Source of the DNA: the human T2T-CHM13v2.0 reference genome, Homo sapiens
Assembly (NCBI RefSeq): GCF_009914755.1
Contig: NC_060929.1
Length of the DNA stretch: 64,000 nt
Strand: one strand, 5' to 3'
The notes under the pieces were generated by a model. The model ran no database searches, was not told the origin of the DNA, and worked only from the letters and a program-made list of their open reading frames with translations. The stretch's first letter is position 1; the number at the start of each line of letters is the position of its first letter. A program made the position numbers and the translations under genes. Shown in pieces: positions 56,512 to 64,000 of the stretch.

Positions 56512-58073
56512 AGAAATACAAGTTAAGGTATCTGGTAAGTTGGGTGTTTATTTGTAAATGAAGACAACTGTATCTTCTGCCAATTTATGTGTTATAGATG
56601 AGAGAAGTGAAGTCCACCTCTTGAGTAATTCATGCTCACTTTACAGTATTGGCATGAAATGCATACTGCAAGATCTACAGAGTAATTGGTCATTCTCTGA
56701 AAGCACTAAATGGGATGAGTTTGCTATTGAAATGTTTAAAAACCTTAATCTTATAATTAAAAGCTTTTAAAAATATTAGGCCAGGCACTTAGAATGACCA
56801 TCTGAGGCTAGTTGAATCTTTGAAATCCAAATGCTCATTACTGCAGGTTATTGTGGCAAAGCAAAATTAGCATGTTACAACTTAGCGAAATGTCCTGAAG
56901 ACATTGGCATTCCCCAGAATACCAATACATGGTGGGGTGGGGAGAAGTACCCTTTAGAGTCTGGTGGAAATTACAGGGTTTTGGGAACAAGGGCAAAGGA
57001 AAAGATTGGCCATTTTTATTTGTCATTATTTTGGAAAGTAAAGTACTGTGTTTGATTCTAATTTATAATTGCTGAAGAAACTGGACAGATTGAAGGGATT
57101 TCTGAGATCTTCAGAACTGGGCCCTTATCTTAATCTTCAGAAAGGAGAGGGCTTAATGTAAGCCTTAAAAGCATACAAGCACTTACTGACCAAAGCCTAA
57201 AAGAAATCAAAGTATAGGTTAAATCGGGTTCAGCTCTCTCACCATGATCCATGTTTATTTCCTAGGAAAAAGGAGCTATATTAGGTAGAACTGCTCTAAC
57301 ATTTTTCCCAAAATTAAAAAAAATTCTATTAATCCACTTTCATGTTTACTTATAGGAAATTCCTTCTGTCTGTTATACAATGCTTTTGCTAAGTGGTATA
57401 TTTACTATGTCTGTAACAAGAAAATTACATATTAAATGATTCACTGCATTTTTTATTTGAAATTTTTAAGGTATCTGCATGTAAAATCTTCAGCTGGTGG
57501 ATGGTGACTTTTGAAGAACAAAAGGCTTTGGCAACAGAAAACAATTGTTCTGGGTGATTTCTAGAATGGTTTTTGTTGAGTCTCTGAACATCCTAAATAT
57601 TGGTTTGTTATTCTTTTCCAGAAAGAAAATGAATTTGACTGGTTCACCTGTGTACTGAGTATTGATAAACTTTGAATTTTTTTAATTGCCTTCAATTGGG
57701 AGAGAAAGCTTTATATTTGTAAGAAATATATTTGATAAAGTTTCTTAAAGCAACACCAAAAAAACAAAAGAAAAGCTAAGTGAATTTTTGCACATTCTAC
57801 ACACAGTGCCTGTAAATCTCATTTGTATTTTCAGTTTGCCCTTAATTTTTTTTGTTAGTGTTTAGAAAACAATGTTTTAAACATTCTTCAGTGTTCTGAT
57901 TTCTTATTACCCCCTTTCCTCTTGGGCTTTTGAACTGTATTTGATGTTGCTTTGGGATAATGTTTATAAGTCAAACATAAGATATTGTACATTGGGCACA
58001 TATCTCCTCTTGGGCTGCTAATAATAAATTAATAACAGGTAACCTGGACAAACCAGGAAGCACCAAACCCCTT

Positions 58074-58330
58074 TTCAGTTTGAACTCTTCTTTGCCAGGT
58101 GTGAGGACTTCTGCATCTTACAGTCAGCACAGAACACACTGAGACTTGAATCAAGTCAGCAACAGAGCAAAATAAAGGTTAGATAAGTCCTTGTGTAGCA
58201 AATTTCGAGCATAAGAAATAAAATCTAATTAATTCTTAGGGTACTCATCTGACTTGAACTCTGTTGGTTTACTGTGTTAGTAAACTGTGCTTTCTATTAT
58301 CTATACATAAAACCTGAGCAGCAACTGTGT
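58074..58330 (+). repeat. ~257-bp direct duplication, copy 1 (CAST 3'UTR)
   Basis: aligns by eye to 59803-60065 at roughly 85-90% identity with 3 small indels. Confidence 0.93.
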
Positions 58331-59334
58331 CTTTAGAGCTATTGCCACATTAGCCTTTGCACTGTATAGCGTCTGGCTTTATGGAACTTAAGTTTACCAA
58401 ATATAAAAAGAAACTTCTGCTTTTAAAAAAATTATATATATATATTAAATTTGAAACCTGCATTTCTCCCACAGCAATGTAAGAAGTAGGCTCTGATGTC
58501 CTACCACTTTGAATGGTTTTCTAATATCTTAATGAATAGTTCCTGAACATTGCACTGATATCATCGATTAGAATTTTGATATTTAATTTCATCTTTATTT
58601 CCTGGTAGAGAATGCAGGAAAAGATGTCAGGTACATAACATAAAACAGATTGGGAATTTATTGTTTCCAAAGGGCATGGCCTTCCTTAGCATCAGTTTGA
58701 AGCTTTTGTTATGACTTAGCTGACTTGTGGCAGCGGGGCAAGCAAAAACAATAACACTGCTTATAAATGGCACCACATCTTGTTAACCTCCCCCCCAAAT
58801 ACTCTCTGAAAGTCATGCACATACCTATGGGATTTTACACACCACCAGCTTAAAATGCTATGTCTCTATCCATCAGAAATAGTCATTATTCTATTTTTAA
58901 GGCAGCAACAAGAAAAGAAAAAACACTTTTCCTGAGGGATTTCTAACCATGTATCTAATCCTCCCATTTGGGCAGTATAGGTGTTTGCTTTTTTGTTTTC
59001 TTTTTTTAAGAAAAACCTTGAAACCTTTGACACTGACAGATGTGTTTGCAAGGATACGGCTGCAGTATTACTAATTTCCATGTGTATCTGGAAGTATTTT
59101 TAAATGGCATACCAAAATCCAGAAGTTTAAAGATGCCTATAAAAGTAAACAACATTTATTTAAAAAGAACTCTGAATATGCCTTCTTTTTTAATTAGAAA
59201 TATCTTCGAGACTTGGGTGTTTGTTAATAACTAATAACTGGAGTAAGCTACAGGATCTAAAGCAGCCCTTTTTACAGTCTAGTTAGGAGAGAGAAAATAA
59301 TTGCAAATATCCACTTAGAGGCAAAGAACAATTT

Positions 59335-59340
59335 TTTATT
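59335..59340 (-). terminator. Probable ERAP1 19-exon isoform poly(A) signal
   Basis: tttatt on + strand; position fits my recollection of the ERAP1 isoform end. Confidence 0.65.
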
Positions 59341-59487
59341 ATCAAAAAGGTTTCTGCACATTGTTGTGGCAATATTGTATCTGTTTAGAAAATGGGCTTT
59401 TCCAAAAGCAAACAAAGATAGGTTCCTCAGGTGACCAAAACTGAAAATCAATATTTCCATGTTTCATTAATCAAGGCATAAAATACA

Positions 59488-59513
59488 ATTAAAGCAAAAT
59501 ATTTTACATTAAA
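59488..59513 (+). terminator. Candidate distal CAST poly(A) signals (two ATTAAA) followed by a GT/T-rich element
   Basis: ATTAAA at 59488-59493 and 59508-59513, then ttggttgtgtattttttt. Confidence 0.55.
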
Positions 59514-59802
59514 ATCTTGGTTGTGTATTTTTTTAAAAGAAGGGAAATAGTTTAGTTTGGGGTGGAAATTACCAGTGATTTCTATTTTTATTAAACCATT
59601 CACTACAACAAATAAGTATAAAAATTCCAATTCCACTTTTATACCTATTTATTTGTTGTAGTGAATGGTTTAATAAATGGCAGATTTATGTCCAGAAGTC
59701 ACTCTATTTTGTCGTGTATTAGGGGAACACATTTTGACATTTTTCGTACCAATCATCAATCATATTCCCTTATCTTGAAGTTTTTGCCTTATATTCAAAA
59801 AG

Positions 59803-60065
59803 TTCAGTTTGAATTCTCCTTTGCCAGGTGTGAGGATTTCCGCACCTTAGAGTCAGCGCAAAACACGCTGCAACTTGAATCAAGTCAGCAACAGAGCACA
59901 CTATGGGTTAGATAAGTCCCTGTGTAGCAAGTTTTCAGAATAAGAAATAAAATCTAATTCTTAGGGTATTAACTGACTTGACTTGAACTCCGTTGGTTTA
60001 CCATGTTAGTAAACTGTGCTTTCTATTATTATCATCTATACATAAAACCTGAGCAGCAACTGTGT
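59803..60065 (+). repeat. ~263-bp direct duplication, copy 2 (within ERAP1 3'UTR)
   Basis: aligns to 58074-58330. Confidence 0.93.
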
Positions 60066-61218
60066 GCTGAAGCAACCGTGTGTGAAGTCTTCACAAAAGA
60101 AAGACTTCAAAGCCAAAGAATGTCCTATTTGCTAATATGAGCAAATATTTTGTTTCACAATGTACTATCATTTATTGGTGACTGCAATAATTTACTGTCA
60201 GTAAATGCCAATAACTAGTTAGTTAGAAATTGTAAAGTAGGCCAAATAAGAAGCAGAGAGAGAAAAAAAATCACCTCCCTAAGAAAAGGGTTTTCCTACA
60301 GACTTGAATGCACTCTGCTTTTTCAGAAGAGATACTGTACCAGTCAGGGAAATAGATGACACTCAGAATTATCTGAGGAGGGTTCTATAAAAAGATTTTT
60401 TGCAAAAGTGCGAGCACATTATGTAGAAACCACAAGTCCGCCAGGACTAGTAAAAGCCAGACTCCCACTGAGGCCACTAATCCTGAAGGGATGAGGAGGG
60501 AGCAGTTACCAAAATCCAGAGGTGGAGAAGGCTGTGTGGAAAAGAGGGTCCCCTCTCGGAGCTAAGACCCTCAGGGGAGGCCAGCCCGAGGCATCCCGCA
60601 AGGGAATCAGGGAAGAACACCTCCACCTACTACCTCCTCCGACCCCAGCTCCAGCTCTCCGGCTCCCCACTGACCAACATCCAAAGGGCAAGAAAGCTTG
60701 ATGACTTGGCCTTTACAAGTCAGCCCCTGGGCATGGAGCAAGGAAGAGGGATGGGCAGCGGGTCTGGAGGGGTGAGCCGGGAGAGCTTTAACCCAGTCAT
60801 CGTCCGGCTTAGTCTCAGATCCAGGTGTTCATTGTTCAGTAGTCGACTATTCAGAGTCTTTCGAGGAGACTGATGAAACAGTTTATGAATGATAAACATG
60901 GGGTACAGGGTTTTGGACACGGGTGCTTAAGCATAAACTATAAAATGAGAAGAATAAGGTACTTTATTCTTCTGTGGCAGGGAACCCAACACTTGGGTTT
61001 ACGTTGCAGGGCAACACCTGTGATGAACAAAACACATGGTAGCGATAGCCCATTCATGAAAAACTAACAGCTATTCTTTTCACAGGGATAGTCAAAAAAT
61101 GAGTTGAAGGGAAAAAAGTATCTCCAGTTGGAGCCAAAACAGCCATCTCTAGTTTGAAAATACACTCAACAAAATGTTGGTGATTAGAGATAACAGGAAC
61201 CTGGCAAGGGAGGAATTT

Positions 61219-61374
61219 TTACATACGTTCAAGCTTTTCACTTTGCAGCCACACTCTGATTTTATCAAAATTCTTATCCATCCAACCGATGTTTTCTTCA
61301 ATGGTTTCAATTGTCTGTTGGACACAACGGAGCTGAGAACCATTTTCTTTCAAAGAGCTGAAGAATCCTTTTAC
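61219..61374 (-). CDS. ERAP1: ERAP1 exon 19 coding part (VKGFFSSLKENGSQLRCVQQTIETIEENIGWMDKNFDKIRVWLQSEKLERM*)
   Basis: minus-strand acceptor tttttcctcacaag|GTA; translation matches the ERAP1 C-terminus; internal donor GAAC|gtatgt at 61227/61226. Confidence 0.96.
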   Translation of the reverse strand, partial: VKGFFSSLKENGSQLRCVQQTIETIEENIGWMDKNFDKIRVWLQSEKLERM

Positions 61375-62939
61375 CTTGTGAGGAAAAAGTGGGTTTTAAA
61401 AAATTAATTTTATCACATTAATCAGATGTAACTTTAGTTAAAACTGAAGCCAAAATTCCAGCATTTGTCAAAATTCTATATAGAAGGCAGTCCCAGCTGT
61501 CTGAATAGGATTATGTACACATAAGCTGTATGAAATGAGCTCATGCCTCATGATGTCAAGTTCTGTTTTTTGTCTGCAGTTCTTTTGTTTATTCTCAGTT
61601 GCCAGACTTTAAAAGACTTCACTGTTTACCATTTTATAATTAAGGTTTAATTGTGTCTATTTAATGTGTTATTCTGTTCTGTTCTCACAGATGCAAACTT
61701 CGTTTTTTAAAAACATGATATCTAAAAAGCAGAATGTGCAGAGTCTTTTCTTTGCCAAGCAAAACAGTTTCCACCACGTAAGTGCTGTCTTTCTCCATGG
61801 GCCTGGCCTTGTATGTTATTATAGAAACACTGTGGGGAATGGGATTCTTAGCAAGTTATGGCGGTAAGACCCAAACCTTGCCATTTTTTTTATCCTAATC
61901 TACAATTCATGTATTGTTGTCTCAAGATAAAATCCACATAAAGTTCCCCATGATTTTAAAGAGATAAGAAACTCTTGGCTACCTCCTGAAAAATATGTTT
62001 GTTCTTGTTTCATTTGTGGGTATCTTAATTCACCCCTTGAGCTCACATGACAGATAGGCTGGCTTTGCCACAGGATTGACCATTGTGCGATTCTGTTTCA
62101 CCTTAAAGGGTTATTATCCTTTTCCCATAAATTTTCACAGCATTAATCCATCAATTTTTGATTTGGTATTCAGGAAGCGAATGTAGACCATGATGTATTA
62201 TTTATTCAGCATAGATTCCAGACAGCCAGTTCCTTAGAAATCCATGTCATAATACCATATTATTAGTTTGGGAATAAAGAGGGGAGTAGGAATGGGTTTT
62301 AGAAAGATCAGAATTCAATTTTAAATGATGCAGAGTTGTTTTAAAATTATATGTCAATACAGTGCAACTTTACAATGAGCAGAAGGCATGGCCTCCTGCT
62401 GTAGCAACCTGGAAAACACTTCACTCTCTACTTTAAGTTGTAGCTCAACCTACTGTTTCATACGCTCTCAGAATGCAAGATTAATTCACAGTCGATTAAA
62501 AATCACTGAGCACTACTCAACAAAGCACATCAATAATTTTACTAATTGTTCAAATCATTAATCCTAAAGGAGCTCATCATGATAGCTCCACTAAAAACAG
62601 ACCTTCTACAACAGCGAAGCCAGCTGTTAACCATTACTCTTACCCTTGTCCTGACCCAAAATCATCTCTTCTGTCTTCACCTGCCTTGGAAATGCAACAT
62701 CTCCACTGAATATTTGATTCAGACTTGGCTCTTTAAGAACAATTTCTGTGCAATAAGTAGCACAATACAGGGATAGGAAAACAGGTTTATCCTACTAACT
62801 TGATTTGAGCAAATGATTTAACTTCTATGGAAGCCAGTCTCCTCATTTGTAAAATGAAGAGCAGTGGTGAAGGATGTAGTTATATAATGCAGGTAAAGTG
62901 CAAAGCCCCAAACCCAGCATGTATCAGGGACTTAACCTC

Positions 62940-63730
62940 ATCCATTTGTTCACCAATATTTACTCTGATATTTATTCATCCCTCTGCTGTAATTACTGTG
63001 CTAGACACTGAGGATGCAGCAGTGAATCAGGCAAGCATCCTCCCCTCATGGAGCTTACAGTCTTTTGGGGTATACAAGCAGTAAATATGATTACTGTAAA
63101 TAAACTGCTATGAAGAAAATATGCCAGGGGTATGCTAGTAACTGAGGAGATGTGGCCTGCATTGAACAGCATGGTTTTGGGGAAGGTGATCTGAGCCGAG
63201 ACCTCTCAAAGATAAAATGCCCCTTTCTAGTGAAAAGTTGGGGAATGGGCAAGCCAGGCAGAGAGAATAAAAAGTGCAGAGGCTTAAAGACAGGAGAAAC
63301 ATGTGGTAGCCCAGGAGCAGAAGGAGGCTGAGTGGCTACAGTGTTATGAGAGAGTAAGCCAGGAGCGCCTGTGGGAATTGGCACCAGAGAGGTCCTCAGA
63401 AGCCAGGTCTTCAAGGTCATGGACACATGGGAAGGAGGGATTTGGAATTTACTGCAAGAACAATCGGCAGGGTTTCAAGAAGCCAGGGTCAGTTATGGGC
63501 TGACTTGCAGTCTTCAATGTGGAAAATGTTTTGCTATTGGCAAAGTGGCAAGGGGGAGGCCAGTTAGGACACTATTGCAATAGGCAAGGCAAGAGATGAG
63601 AAAGGATTGAATGGGGGTAAGAGCAGAGAGAAGTGCGCAAGATCCAGTGCATGTGCTGAGGGAAGACCGGCAGGACTTGCGTAGTTAGATGTCTGGGGAA
63701 GAAAGGATTCAGGATGACTCCCGTATTTTA
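62940..63730 (-). mobile_element. L2 fragment
   Basis: tttattcatcc...tgtgctagacactgagga...cctcatggagcttacagtc, followed by purine-rich L2 body. Confidence 0.65.
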
Positions 63731-64000
63731 TATGTCCGTAGTTTGCTCTCCATTATGATAACATCTCGGGCTCTTTACTTTTCATGCCCTGCTTCAGGAT
63801 CTTCGCACCTGATATTTCCTCTGCACACAATACTCCTCTAGATGTTGGCATTTCCTTCGATATCTTCTCAAATGTCTCCTAATCATCCTATAAAACAGCA
63901 CCAACCCTCTATCCCAATCACTCTCCTTGCCTTATTCATCTTCAGAGCATGTAACTACTTGACATTGGTTGATTTGTCTGTAATTGTCTGATTCCCACAG

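Larger units (their letters stand above)
57471..59515 (+). other. CAST: CAST terminal non-coding exon 30 (3'UTR); 3' end approximate
   Basis: acceptor ttttaag|GTATCTG; candidate poly(A) signals AATAAA at 58023, 58171, 58217 and ATTAAA at 59488, 59508. Confidence 0.75.
59320..61218 (-). other. ERAP1: ERAP1 exon-19 3'UTR (19-exon isoform); end approximate
   Basis: follows the TAA; minus-strand AATAAA at 59335-59340. Confidence 0.7.

Noticed and set aside
58074-60065. Duplicated 3'UTR segments as snoRNA or miRNA paralogues
   Set aside because: No convincing C/D or H/ACA boxes with terminal stems and no clear hairpin by eye; not intronic in the main isoforms.
61375-64000. ERAP1 exon 18
   Set aside because: No matching coding sequence found; it appears to lie beyond the window end.

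Overview
This is primate, almost certainly human, genomic DNA from the CAST/ERAP1 locus (5q15, recognised from the protein sequences). The + strand holds calpastatin (CAST) exons 2-30 in conventional numbering. Spliced by hand from the ATG at 7530 to the TAA at 56511, the 28 coding exons give a 708-aa protein: an L domain plus four calpain-inhibitory repeats, with every coding intron in phase 0. The testis-specific first exon 14t and a non-coding terminal exon are also present. The - strand holds the 3' end of ERAP1: exon 19 with its 3'UTR, which overlaps the CAST 3' end tail-to-tail, and alternative exon 20 inside CAST intron 23. The introns contain many Alus, a young twin-primed L1PA2-like insertion, older L1/L2/MIR, MaLR LTRs and DNA-transposon relics. 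Four less obvious observations stand out: (1) a ~257-bp direct duplication with one copy in each gene's 3'UTR, making the two mRNAs complementary outside their true overlap; (2) a 77-bp, 95%-identical duplication between paralogous introns; (3) inverted Alu pairs around all-phase-0 exons that could yield circRNAs with endless ORFs; (4) a possible 375-nt internal (poison) form of exon 14t. Repeat subfamily calls and transcript ends come from by-eye recognition, not computation.
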